Position numbers and translations under genes: made by a program. Below the pieces are notes generated by a model. It had not been told where the DNA came from and did no database searches. It saw only the letters and a program-made list of their open reading frames with translations. A DNA stretch of 42,807 nt from a virus (Duplodnaviria; Caudoviricetes), in the IMG/VR virus record IMGVR_UViG_3300034349_000021, positions 1-42,807 of that record. One strand, 5' to 3'. This document shows, in pieces, positions 9,314-17,360 of the stretch (the stretch's first letter is position 1; the number at the start of each line of letters is the position of its first letter).

Positions 9314-9600
9314 TTTTTCTGGGACTTACGACGGCTAGTATTGTGTAGATAAATGTGTGTCTGTCTATCCGACAGAGACTTTAGGGAGGTAAAAATTTTT
9401 CAACTTTGCCCTTATCGATGGATGAAAAAGGAGGTTTTACGGATACGCCACCCCGCACACGTTTTGTGTACGCCGGCAGAGGGGGGCAGCATTCAAGGCG
9501 TGTATACCAAGCACACGCTCTGTGGAATTGATCTAATCAGTATGTGTGCACACTGATTGCGTATTCCTATTCAATATGTGTATGCGTGTGCAGACAGTAT

Positions 9601-9670
9601 GTGTATTAATAAATATAATAATTAAGATTGATATATCTAATTGTACCTCAGGCATAATTATATATATAAT
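9601..9670 (+). promoter_or_regulatory. Early promoter with four-box element
   Basis: GTGTATT 9601, TTGTAC, TATAAT at 9665 (+64). Confidence 0.75.
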
Positions 9671-9799
9671 ATCTTATATTAAATAAATAAGAACGACTTA
9701 TAGATCTTTAACAATTTGTGTTCAACAACCGATCGTGTGCGATCGCACACACGCACACGATCGTTCATCATGTGTGCATCAATAGAGAGTAACACTACC

Positions 9800-10132
9800 A
9801 TGTCTAAGTATGATACAGCAGAAGCAGTACTGGCCTCTAGTGAGACCAAGTTTGCTAAGAAAGCTCAACTGTGTGCCAACTTTGGCTACACAAGCAAAAG
9901 AGCTGATGAGCTCTTGGCAACTGACCAACCAGTTGTTAGAACTGACTTTGTCAAGCTGGTGGCCTTTGTGAGAGCCAACAAGACTGTCGCTCGTCGCAAG
10001 TTGGCCAAGATGTGTGAAGAGCAAGGCTTGTGCAAAGAGTCAAGTGCATTTCACTACCTCTCCTTCCAAAACTATGTTGATGAGTATGTCAAGCAAGAAA
10101 TTGCTGACATGAAGCCTGCTACTAAGAAGTAG
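9800..10132 (+). CDS. First early protein; paralog of the C-terminal half of the 17361-18089 HTH-repeat protein
   Basis: 110 aa from ATG 9800; LV..VRANK...R..L.K...EQ....E...EY..QE shared with the 17361-18089 product. Confidence 0.75.
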   Translation: MSKYDTAEAVLASSETKFAKKAQLCANFGYTSKRADELLATDQPVVRTDFVKLVAFVRANKTVARRKLAKMCEEQGLCKESSAFHYLSFQNYVDEYVKQEIADMKPATKK

Positions 10133-10154
10133 CACACACTATGGCCAAGGATGG

Positions 10155-10178
10155 CCAACCAACCAACCAACCAACCAA
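10155..10178 (+). repeat. (CCAA)6 microsatellite in an intergenic leader
   Basis: Directly visible, between the ARGGAY hairpin and the next RBS. Confidence 0.85.
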
Positions 10179-10189
10179 GAGTAAATGAA

Positions 10190-10438
10190 ATGATACTGTG
10201 TCACAAATGTAGCGGCCTGCTTACCAACCACTATCGCGACCACAAGGAGCTGTATCCTTGCGAGTGTATCAGCGGTTACATCAGAGGTTTTGAGCCAACA
10301 GTAACCCTTGAGCAGGCCAAGGCTGAGCAGATCAAGGCCACTAAGGCCAACCTAGAGCTCTACCGCCGCCAAGGTCGCGATGAGGACGGCCAGCACATCA
10401 CCTTCATGAAGGCCAGGCTGGCTGACCAGACCAAGTAA
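10190..10438 (+). CDS. Hypothetical Cys-containing early protein
   Basis: MILCHKC...CEC; ATG 10190 preferred over 10151. Confidence 0.65.
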   Translation: MILCHKCSGLLTNHYRDHKELYPCECISGYIRGFEPTVTLEQAKAEQIKATKANLELYRRQGRDEDGQHITFMKARLADQTK

Positions 10439-10446
10439 CCACACAC

Positions 10447-10468
10447 AGCGGCCGCAAGGCCGCTTTTT
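10447..10468 (+). terminator. Rho-independent terminator
   Basis: AGCGGCC-GCAA-GGCCGCT stem-loop followed by TTTT. Confidence 0.85.
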
Positions 10469-10574
10469 ATTACTCACACAAAGCGCGCCATGACCTTTTT
10501 GGTAGCGACTCTAGTTGAAGGCGCCATGAGGCGCGCCATGCCGACTCTGGTGGCGACTCTAGCGAGCACAGAAC

Positions 10575-10644
10575 GTGTATCAATTTTATTAATACTAAAT
10601 ATTGACATATTCAATTGTACTTAATATATATATCATGCTATAAT
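10575..10644 (+). promoter_or_regulatory. Early promoter with four-box element
   Basis: GTGTATC 10575, ATCA-N7-TAAT-N7-ATTG-N7-CAAT, TG-n-TATAAT at 10639 (+64). Confidence 0.8.
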
Positions 10645-10682
10645 ATTATCTCAAGTAAAACCTGACAACACAAGAGCATACT

Positions 10683-10880
10683 ATGAAACGTCACTATAAA
10701 TGCAAAGTTATATTTAGCAATCATAGCATGGTTGAATGCTTCGTGCCATTGACCGACCGAGCATTCTATGATATTAAATGTCAAGTAGCAGATTGGCTGC
10801 TTGACAACTACAGTGATATACATCAAGCCTATATCACACAGAAAAGTAGCAAACGGCCTGTTAACGAAAGAGTGATCTAA
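10683..10880 (+). CDS. Hypothetical protein
   Basis: 65-aa ORF directly after the promoter, with SD-like GAG. Confidence 0.6.
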   Translation: MKRHYKCKVIFSNHSMVECFVPLTDRAFYDIKCQVADWLLDNYSDIHQAYITQKSSKRPVNERVI

Positions 10881-10882
10881 TC

Positions 10883-11026
10883 ATGATTGACGACCTTGAC
10901 ATTGATGAGCTGCTCAACCTATTGAAAGAGCAGATTGAAGCATGGTGCTACCTCAACAGCACCAGTACCAACGACAACTGGATGCCGCAGGCTGTTGTTG
11001 AAGAGCTAGCAAAAAGGGTGAAATAG
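10883..11026 (+). CDS. Small hypothetical protein (47 aa)
   Basis: MIDDLDIDELLNLLKEQ...AKRVK read by hand; fills the gap between flanking genes. Confidence 0.55.
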   Translation: MIDDLDIDELLNLLKEQIEAWCYLNSTSTNDNWMPQAVVEELAKRVK

Positions 11027-11029
11027 GCT

Positions 11030-11491
11030 ATGTATAAGCATGTAAGACTGGCCGTACCTGATATGGCCAAAGATGTTGAAGAATTTGCTGAAGCGATATA
11101 TAACCTAGAGGATATGCTAAATGACCCAGACGTAACTATCACAATCGAGCAGCGTAATCGCGCCAGGTTCAGGCTTCATGAGCTGAAAAACCAGGCGTAT
11201 ACCCGCGGTATCCTCCTTCCCAAGGGTGGCCGCCCCTCAGACCAACAGGTGACACAAATGAACGACGAGACCCTAACCCGCATGGCACAATATGTGGCTC
11301 ACAGTCTTCCATTGCTTATGGACATCATTGAGATGGAACCGCTCAAGGAGTCAATCAAAGAGTTTGTGGCCCGTGAGGTCGCCGCAGGCGTTGAAGAGAA
11401 GTGGATCATTGGCGCACTTCTTGGGGACGGCGGTGACGTGACCACCAAGATCCTGTTTGAGCTCGCTGGCCAGATCGCAGAGGCATATTGA
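11030..11491 (+). CDS. Hypothetical protein; likely internal start at 11258
   Basis: 153-aa ORF; in-frame ATG 11258 has SD AGGTGA and a C/A-rich leader. Confidence 0.6.
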   Translation: MYKHVRLAVPDMAKDVEEFAEAIYNLEDMLNDPDVTITIEQRNRARFRLHELKNQAYTRGILLPKGGRPSDQQVTQMNDETLTRMAQYVAHSLPLLMDIIEMEPLKESIKEFVAREVAAGVEEKWIIGALLGDGGDVTTKILFELAGQIAEAY

Positions 11492-11492
11492 A

Positions 11493-11741
11493 ATGACCAC
11501 ATTGTACACAAACAGCGCCTACATCAAAATGATTATGCTCAAGGCTGAGTTGCTGCGCTACATACCAGGTCTGGCTGATATTGAGGACTTGATTGACCCT
11601 GAGTTTGATGAGCATATCAACACAGTAGTAAACACAATGAGTGAAGTCGACCAGGAAACGCTCCACCAGCAGATTGAGGATCGCAAGCCTGACGTGGCAC
11701 AACTGATCCGCATCGCTGGCCAGATCGTCCAGCACTTCTAG
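11493..11741 (+). CDS. Hypothetical protein, paralog of the preceding C-terminal module
   Basis: Ends IAGQIVQHF versus LAGQIAEAY; shares the 15-bp TCGCTGGCCAGATCG. Confidence 0.65.
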   Translation: MTTLYTNSAYIKMIMLKAELLRYIPGLADIEDLIDPEFDEHINTVVNTMSEVDQETLHQQIEDRKPDVAQLIRIAGQIVQHF

Positions 11742-11796
11742 CCAGCCAAAGCACAGGGATGTGCACCTACTATCTAGGGCACACGGTAAGTGTAAT

Positions 11797-11810
11797 TTCG
11801 CAATCGCGAA
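11797..11810. promoter_or_regulatory. TTCGC-N4-GCGAA palindrome
   Basis: Perfect copy between convergent genes. Confidence 0.6.
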
Positions 11811-11814
11811 CAGA

Positions 11815-12186
11815 TCACCGCTTAGACAACCAAGCCCTTAACCAAAAGGCAAACGGTGCCGACCCCATAGCTAGGTACCCAGGCGCCCCGACCACTAGCA
11901 GATACGCAGGTACACAGAATGTCCACGCTTCCCTATTGCGTCTATACATCAGTATCGGTAGCTCGCCCTTAGCATCAGCCGCACGGCATACCTGTTTCCA
12001 CCAACTATTCACATTGAGCGTTTCATGCCTTTTAACCTCCACACAGATACCCGGCAATCCGTCTATATCTTCACCGCCATCACGCGCCTGGCCCAATGTG
12101 CGACTCATTTCAAAGCCAGCAAGCTCGCTCAACAGTGCAGCGGCTTCGCGTTCACCGTTCTGGCCCTTCGTGCGTATGTTCACCAT
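11815..12186 (-). CDS. Holliday junction resolvase (PD-(D/E)XK, Hjc-like)
   Basis: RTKGQNGERE...GGEDI...CVEVKR...WW.Q; SD GGGAGG before ATG 12186. Confidence 0.8.
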   Translation of the reverse strand: MVNIRTKGQNGEREAAALLSELAGFEMSRTLGQARDGGEDIDGLPGICVEVKRHETLNVNSWWKQVCRAADAKGELPILMYRRNREAWTFCVPAYLLVVGAPGYLAMGSAPFAFWLRAWLSKR

Positions 12187-12238
12187 TCCCAAACCTCCCA
12201 AGGGGTGTAAGGCCGCCAATCAAATAACGGCAAAAGAC

Positions 12239-12535
12239 TTCGCAAATCGCGATGAGTGGAACGTATGGAAAAAAGGATAAGAAAAAGAGTGAAAGAATAT
12301 ATTATAAGTTATTGATTTTTATATATTTTTTTTCTTTTAACTCCCTCTCTCACCCCAATCACTCTCCGGGGGTATTCGGGGGGGCTCGCTCACGGGCCCC
12401 CGGGTGAGGGTGATAGGTGGTTGGAAATTCCTTAAAAATCAATAAGTTACAAAAAAAATCAAGGACTTAGGATCACTCTAGCCACTCGCGTGAAACTCCT
12501 TTTTTCTAAAAAGATAAGAAAATCAATCACTTAGA
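12239..12535. other. Putative replication origin: four IHF consensus sites around a GC-rich core
   Basis: WATCAA-N4-TTR at 12305-12317(-), 12437-12449, 12457-12469 and 12521-12533; A/T tracts; just upstream of the primase-helicase. Confidence 0.5.
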
Positions 12536-12601
12536 TTACCGAATACCCTTTGCGGCCTTTAACCTTCCCAGGCACTCACCTTGGGAGAGGGATTAAGCTA
12601 T

Positions 12602-12672
12602 ATTATAGCGCCGTTAATCTGTATCTGTATATTTGATTAGATCAATGTATAATATATTACAGCCTAATACAC
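12602..12672 (-). promoter_or_regulatory. Leftward promoter with four-box element
   Basis: GTGTATT at 12672, TATAAT 65 nt downstream. Confidence 0.65.
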
Positions 12673-12677
12673 AAATT

Positions 12678-12747
12678 GAGTATTAGTATTTTAAATGCTT
12701 CAAGTTAATGAATTCAACTGTTAATCTAACAGAAAGTGAGGTATAAT
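12678..12747 (+). promoter_or_regulatory. Rightward promoter with four-box element (back-to-back with the previous one)
   Basis: GAGTATT 12678, TATAAT at 12742 (+64). Confidence 0.65.
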
Positions 12748-12806
12748 GTGCGTTCATCTGTTGAAAAGGCCTTGGCGGCCCAACTGGTATCCTATAACGG
12801 TGAAGT

Positions 12807-13070
12807 ATGAGTAAAAAAGAGCTAGAAGACAATTCGCGTTTGCGAATTTTTCCTGAGATTAGCCGAGGTATTGAGATGCATTTTAAACACTGTAAGCAAT
12901 GTGGTAGGCTGCTGCCTGATACTAGCGAGTATTTCGATCATGTGGTAGGTGGTGGCGGAGTGCGCAAGACTGTGGCTTCGTGTAAGAAGTGTTATGGTGC
13001 AGCGCGCAAAGAGCGTAGGTTGGTGGCTAAGATCAACAAGATGCTGGAGAAAGCTAGTGCAGCAGGCTAA
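12807..13070 (+). CDS. Small zinc-finger protein
   Basis: KHCKQC..LP...EYF......CKKC; the start may be the later ATG after SD GAGGT. Confidence 0.6.
   Translation: MSKKELEDNSRLRIFPEISRGIEMHFKHCKQCGRLLPDTSEYFDHVVGGGGVRKTVASCKKCYGAARKERRLVAKINKMLEKASAAG
12831..12848. promoter_or_regulatory. AATTCGC-N4-GCGAATT palindrome
   Basis: Perfect extended copy about 85 nt downstream of the 12742 -10 box. Confidence 0.6.
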
Positions 13071-15207
13071 AGACTTTCTCACAGCGCTAGACCCTGATGC
13101 AACCAAGTGGTTGTTTGTAGCCATAAACAAAGGCAGAGTAACAACCCTGTACAATACCTGGAGTGCTGCTAGAGACGGGTTGCTCTCGCTCAATAAGCAG
13201 CACTGCGACATTTATGTCACTGTCAACGAAACTAAGGGCAATAAGCGCGAACTCACTGACATAATCAGAGCGCGCGCAATCTGGCAGGAAGATGACCGTA
13301 ACTCAGAGGCACCTGATGGCGCTGGCATAGTGGTCGAGACTTCCAAAGAGCACTACCATCGCTACTGGCTGACGTCAACTGAAGAGCTAGACCGCTGGCA
13401 GCATACCCAAGATTGGATGGTTAAGCGTTGGCACAGCGATCCCAAGGCGAAAGACCTGTCGAGGGTATTGCGTGTGCCAGGATTCCTGAACTGGAAGCGC
13501 GACGAGCCTGAAGAAGTGAAGCTACTCCATTGCTCAGGTAAGCGCTGGGAGTTTGATGAGCTCTATGCACACCTTGGGGTTAGTGGGAAGCGGGATGCTG
13601 GGCCCGAAGGCAACTCCACTATCGATAAGTTAACACAAGAAATCTTACGGGGTGAGCATCTCCACGGGCCAATCCGTACGCTGATGCTAGTCTATGCTAA
13701 CAAAGGCTTAGACAAAGTCGTTAACAGAAACATCTGCACTGGCTTAATCGGTTTGTGCCCTGATGACGCAAAGAGGCATAAAGCGTTACACGACCTAGAA
13801 GGTATGCTTAAGGCTACCTACGACAAAGTAAATGAAGAGCAAGAGATCCACGGCCCGATTGTCTTCAAGAAACAAGATGAGATATTTCTTGAATGGCCGC
13901 CTGGGTTAATGGGTGAGTTAGCAAGAGCGGCTAACGACTTTGCTGTAGTGCCTAACAAGATCAGATCTATCATGACTGCGTTAGGCTTAATAGCGGGTAT
14001 AGCTGGCCGCAGATACAATATCTCGAGAGCTGGCTTAAACATCTATGTCAACCTGATGGCCACCACTGGTTCTGGGAAAGACGCGATACGCAACTTCTGC
14101 TTCCAAGTACTCTCAGACAATGCCATCCTTGGGAATACTGGGATAACCTTCCTTGGGTCACAGAATTATACGGGCCCCAAACCTTTGTGGCGTGACCTCA
14201 TTAAAAAGCCCTCAATGCTGGCTATCTTCACAGAAGCTGGCTTGCTTTATCAGACAGACTCAGGCGATAAGGTGGGCTTTCTGCGTGTATTGCTTGAGGT
14301 GTATGGCGCAAGCGGGAAGAAAGGCCACATGAGTCCAGAAGCGTATTCAAATGAAGCAGACAATCTGCCTATGCTGCGTGCGCCATCGCTAAGCGTGATC
14401 AATGAGGCAACTGAGATCTCGTTCAAAAAAGTGTTGCAAAAGCGTGAATCGCTAGAAACTGGCGATCTGCCTAGAAGCTGGGCATTCATATGCAAAGGGG
14501 CGCGGCCATATGATAACCCAAACCACAGCCAGCTTGCGCTGTCCGAAACTTTGTCTGACAGACTGCGTGACCTCTCCACAGACTGCTTCTCGCAACAAAC
14601 AGCAACAGTACCAGAAGTAGTTGAGATAGCTGTGCCAGAGTGTTATACAGCATACTCACATAAGCTTGTAGACGAGCAAAATCGCTTGCAAGCAGAAGGC
14701 GACAACCGCTACCTAATGTACACACGCGCTGGCCTGAAAGTGCTAAAGGTGGCTGGCATTATAGCAGCACTTGAAGGTAGTCTTAAGATTACGCCTGAAG
14801 TATGGGAATGGAGCACTAAGCTGCTGGATTACGAAATGGCTGGTATTGCCCCACTACTAAGCAACGACTCAGCAATGGATGATGTCAGAGACGCTGCGCT
14901 CAGAGTACTGGCCAAGCTTATAGCCGGTGGTTATCACGGTCCTAATGTTGAAGTAGACATAGAGCTACGCAGTAAGAACAGATTCAAGGAGTCCCCTTTC
15001 AAACAAGTGTGTGAGCGTGTCTCGCTTATTAAGTCATTCGCTGATCCACAGCACCACAGCAACCCTAAATCAGGTGCAAAAAAGATCCTCATCCATCTAC
15101 TAGACGAAGGGTATATCAAAAAGATAGACCACTTAAGTAAAGGCAGAACTGCAGTATATGAACTAACAAAGTTAGCAAGAGATCGTATCAACCAAATCGT
15201 TGAGTAA
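13057..15207 (+). CDS. RepB-type primase fused to a P-loop helicase domain
   Basis: IYVTVN..RAIW.EDD..VETS..HYHRYW..DP..KD.SRVLRVPGF primase motifs; ATTGSGKD Walker A; GTG 13057 with SD GGAGA. Confidence 0.85.
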   Translation: MQQAKDFLTALDPDATKWLFVAINKGRVTTLYNTWSAARDGLLSLNKQHCDIYVTVNETKGNKRELTDIIRARAIWQEDDRNSEAPDGAGIVVETSKEHYHRYWLTSTEELDRWQHTQDWMVKRWHSDPKAKDLSRVLRVPGFLNWKRDEPEEVKLLHCSGKRWEFDELYAHLGVSGKRDAGPEGNSTIDKLTQEILRGEHLHGPIRTLMLVYANKGLDKVVNRNICTGLIGLCPDDAKRHKALHDLEGMLKATYDKVNEEQEIHGPIVFKKQDEIFLEWPPGLMGELARAANDFAVVPNKIRSIMTALGLIAGIAGRRYNISRAGLNIYVNLMATTGSGKDAIRNFCFQVLSDNAILGNTGITFLGSQNYTGPKPLWRDLIKKPSMLAIFTEAGLLYQTDSGDKVGFLRVLLEVYGASGKKGHMSPEAYSNEADNLPMLRAPSLSVINEATEISFKKVLQKRESLETGDLPRSWAFICKGARPYDNPNHSQLALSETLSDRLRDLSTDCFSQQTATVPEVVEIAVPECYTAYSHKLVDEQNRLQAEGDNRYLMYTRAGLKVLKVAGIIAALEGSLKITPEVWEWSTKLLDYEMAGIAPLLSNDSAMDDVRDAALRVLAKLIAGGYHGPNVEVDIELRSKNRFKESPFKQVCERVSLIKSFADPQHHSNPKSGAKKILIHLLDEGYIKKIDHLSKGRTAVYELTKLARDRINQIVE

Positions 15208-15226
15208 GGCCCACCTTGGGAAAGGG

Positions 15227-15242
15227 CGTTTCACGTGGAACG
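15227..15242. promoter_or_regulatory. parS-like centromere site
   Basis: CGTTTCACGTGGAACG; the 14-bp core matches the chromosomal parS consensus tGTT(T/C)CACGTGAAACa on the reverse strand; intergenic. Confidence 0.7.
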
Positions 15243-15283
15243 CCGATACATAATATGGCAAAGGATTGCCGTGTAAACGATTC

Positions 15284-15353
15284 GTGTATCAAAAACGTTA
15301 ATACTAAGAATTGACAAATTTAATTTTACTTTCTTGGCAAAATAGAATATTAT
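15284..15353 (+). promoter_or_regulatory. Promoter with four-box element
   Basis: GTGTATC 15284, TATTAT at 15348 (+64). Confidence 0.75.
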
Positions 15354-15381
15354 ACGCATTCGATTGAGCAAAACGAGACGC

Positions 15382-15594
15382 ATGATGAAAACGTACAAAT
15401 GTACGACAAGCAAAACTGTGGTAGAGAAGCCCGATGATTTCCACTGTGACGTGTGTAAGGAAGAAGTTGGTAGTGTGATGTTCGACGCGCGCACCGTTAA
15501 CGGTCAGTGGGCGTGGATGTGCATCGACTGCTTCTGCGAGCAAGGCGTTGGTCTAGGCATTGGCAAAGGTCAAAAGTACATGGAGATTAAATGA
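15382..15594 (+). CDS. Small zinc-binding phage protein
   Basis: CDVC..FDART..G.WAWMC..C...G.GLG.GKGQKY pattern. Confidence 0.7.
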   Translation: MMKTYKCTTSKTVVEKPDDFHCDVCKEEVGSVMFDARTVNGQWAWMCIDCFCEQGVGLGIGKGQKYMEIK

Positions 15595-15794
15595 TCATGA
15601 AGTGGTCGGTAACGCTGATGCTGGAAACTGAGAAAAGCGCCAGCATCTGTTACATGTTGAGTAACATCGTGGCTAAAAACGAAAAAGAGGCAATCAACAA
15701 TGCAATAACAGAGGCTACCAAGCTGAAATACACGATGTCTGTCAAGGCATTCGAAGTGGCAAACGTTGAACTGCAAAAAGAGAGTATGCACTGA
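15591..15794 (+). CDS. Hypothetical protein
   Basis: 67 aa, SD GGAG, ATGA-coupled. Confidence 0.65.
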   Translation: MIMKWSVTLMLETEKSASICYMLSNIVAKNEKEAINNAITEATKLKYTMSVKAFEVANVELQKESMH

Positions 15795-16042
15795 TGCATA
15801 TAGGCGATAATCCAAACCTGCATCAGCCGGGTTATTATCTGGTCTACGAAGTCAAAGAGGTGAGGCTAATAACGCTACTGAACAGTGATACTGAAGTGTC
15901 ATCTATAGGCTGCTTCAAGTTTGTTGGGCCGTTTGGTGACAACGAAGCGGCTGAAAAGGCCGATATCCACAACGGCAAAATAGATATCGTAAAAGTAACA
16001 AAAGAAGGCACCGTAAAATGGCTAATGACCTCGTCGAAGTGA
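15794..16042 (+). CDS. Hypothetical protein
   Basis: 82 aa, TGATG-coupled. Confidence 0.6.
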   Translation: MHIGDNPNLHQPGYYLVYEVKEVRLITLLNSDTEVSSIGCFKFVGPFGDNEAAEKADIHNGKIDIVKVTKEGTVKWLMTSSK

Positions 16043-16992
16043 CCAGCAATCAGCTTGTTAGCCCTACCTGGGAAAAGCAGTGGGCCAAGAAGCTGACCAA
16101 CAGCGGCGTCAAGCGGAAAGAGTGGACGATCAAGCATGCGCTTGACATCCACAACTTCTATGAAGATGCCAAGACGCACGAGGCAGCTCTGCCTGCCGAG
16201 CTGAAGATCTACGCTCGTGCCAAGCTCAATGAGTGGCTGGGCTACAGCGAGTCAGCTGTCAGTCAGTGGCTCGGCGCTGGGCGGTTCCTGGCTGATCTCG
16301 ATGATCAGGCTGCGCTGCTCGGCAGAACTAATGAGTTGCCTGGAAGCACACGCGCTCTCTATGAGCTCAGCACGCTGGATCCTGACCAACTGCAGCTTGC
16401 TTACGACGCTGGCCTGATCAGCTCGTCGACTACTGTGAAAGAGGTCAGCGAGTTCAAGGCTGAGCTTAAGGCTAAGAAAGCGTTGGAAGAACCGGCTAAG
16501 GCCGAACCTGCGTCCAGTATCGATGAAGGCTCTCTTCTGTTCTTTCAGTACGACGGCAAAATCCCTTCCTGGATCGTAGGCAAGATTGAGGACATGGTCC
16601 ATGAGCTGGGCGAGGAGGCCGTCAGGGGCACGCCAACGATGAAGTTCCCCCTGGACACAGGCGGGACCTGGGTGATGACCCTCTTCAATGATCTGTGGGA
16701 AGGCACGTTCATCCCCAAAAATGCCCCCCAAGTGGACGACCTCCCAAGGGAGGAGAAACCCACGAGGCCCAGTGCTCCAGCTGAAGCGGCGGCCGCTGAC
16801 CAGCCCTCCTTGGGAGTAATGGTTAGCCCGGCTGTGGCCAAGCATCTTGGCTTGCTGGGTGTCAATCTCAAGAAAGGCTACGTCGAGAAGTGGGCACTCG
16901 AGGCGCTCGTGCAAGCCGCCTACAGTGCGTACACCAGCGACGACCTGAAAATCGAAGCGGCTGAGGCAGCCGAAGAGCTCAAGAGGAAGTAA
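16018..16992 (+). CDS. DUF3102-like / HTH-containing protein, possible regulator
   Basis: LGYSESAVSQW helix-turn-helix and LP.S..ALYELS.L...G.I...TT..EV motif. Confidence 0.6.
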   Translation: MANDLVEVTSNQLVSPTWEKQWAKKLTNSGVKRKEWTIKHALDIHNFYEDAKTHEAALPAELKIYARAKLNEWLGYSESAVSQWLGAGRFLADLDDQAALLGRTNELPGSTRALYELSTLDPDQLQLAYDAGLISSSTTVKEVSEFKAELKAKKALEEPAKAEPASSIDEGSLLFFQYDGKIPSWIVGKIEDMVHELGEEAVRGTPTMKFPLDTGGTWVMTLFNDLWEGTFIPKNAPQVDDLPREEKPTRPSAPAEAAAADQPSLGVMVSPAVAKHLGLLGVNLKKGYVEKWALEALVQAAYSAYTSDDLKIEAAEAAEELKRK

Positions 16993-16995
16993 GCA

Positions 16996-17193
16996 ATGCC
17001 AACCATAACTAAAGCGACTAAGACTGACGTAGTCTACAGTCACGATGAGATTAAAAGACTGCTGTCTTGGGAGGCATTTGGTCATTATGACGCAGATATA
17101 TTCCTGACAACGATCAACGATGAGCCGGCTATCTGCGTAACTGAAACTGTGGAAACCGAATCCAACGAAGTTTCGTTGCGCATGCGCAAGTAG
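16996..17193 (+). CDS. Hypothetical protein
   Basis: 65 aa, SD GAGG. Confidence 0.6.
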   Translation: MPTITKATKTDVVYSHDEIKRLLSWEAFGHYDADIFLTTINDEPAICVTETVETESNEVSLRMRK

Positions 17194-17197
17194 TCGG

Positions 17198-17211
17198 TTC
17201 GCGAACGCGAA
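17198..17211. promoter_or_regulatory. TTCGC-N4-GCGAA palindrome
   Basis: Perfect intergenic copy just upstream of the 17254 promoter. Confidence 0.6.
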
Positions 17212-17253
17212 TTACACAACCCGTGTACACCGTAACGCAAGAGTGGGCAAACT

Positions 17254-17323
17254 GTGTATTAGAAAATTTAATACTTGCTATTAGTATTTTCTAGTATACA
17301 AGGAGACTAAAATGCCGTAAAAT
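17254..17323 (+). promoter_or_regulatory. Promoter with four-box element
   Basis: GTGTATT 17254, TAAAAT at 17318 (+64). Confidence 0.75.
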
Positions 17324-17360
17324 ATCATTTCCAAGTCGAAACAACCTAAGGTGAAATCAA

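Noticed and set aside
12239-12253. Sixth TTCGC palindrome
   Set aside because: Five-nt spacer and a mismatched right arm (GCGAT); not counted.
11759-12280. 173-aa plus-strand ORF
   Set aside because: It overlaps the well-supported minus-strand resolvase and starts within a hairpin.
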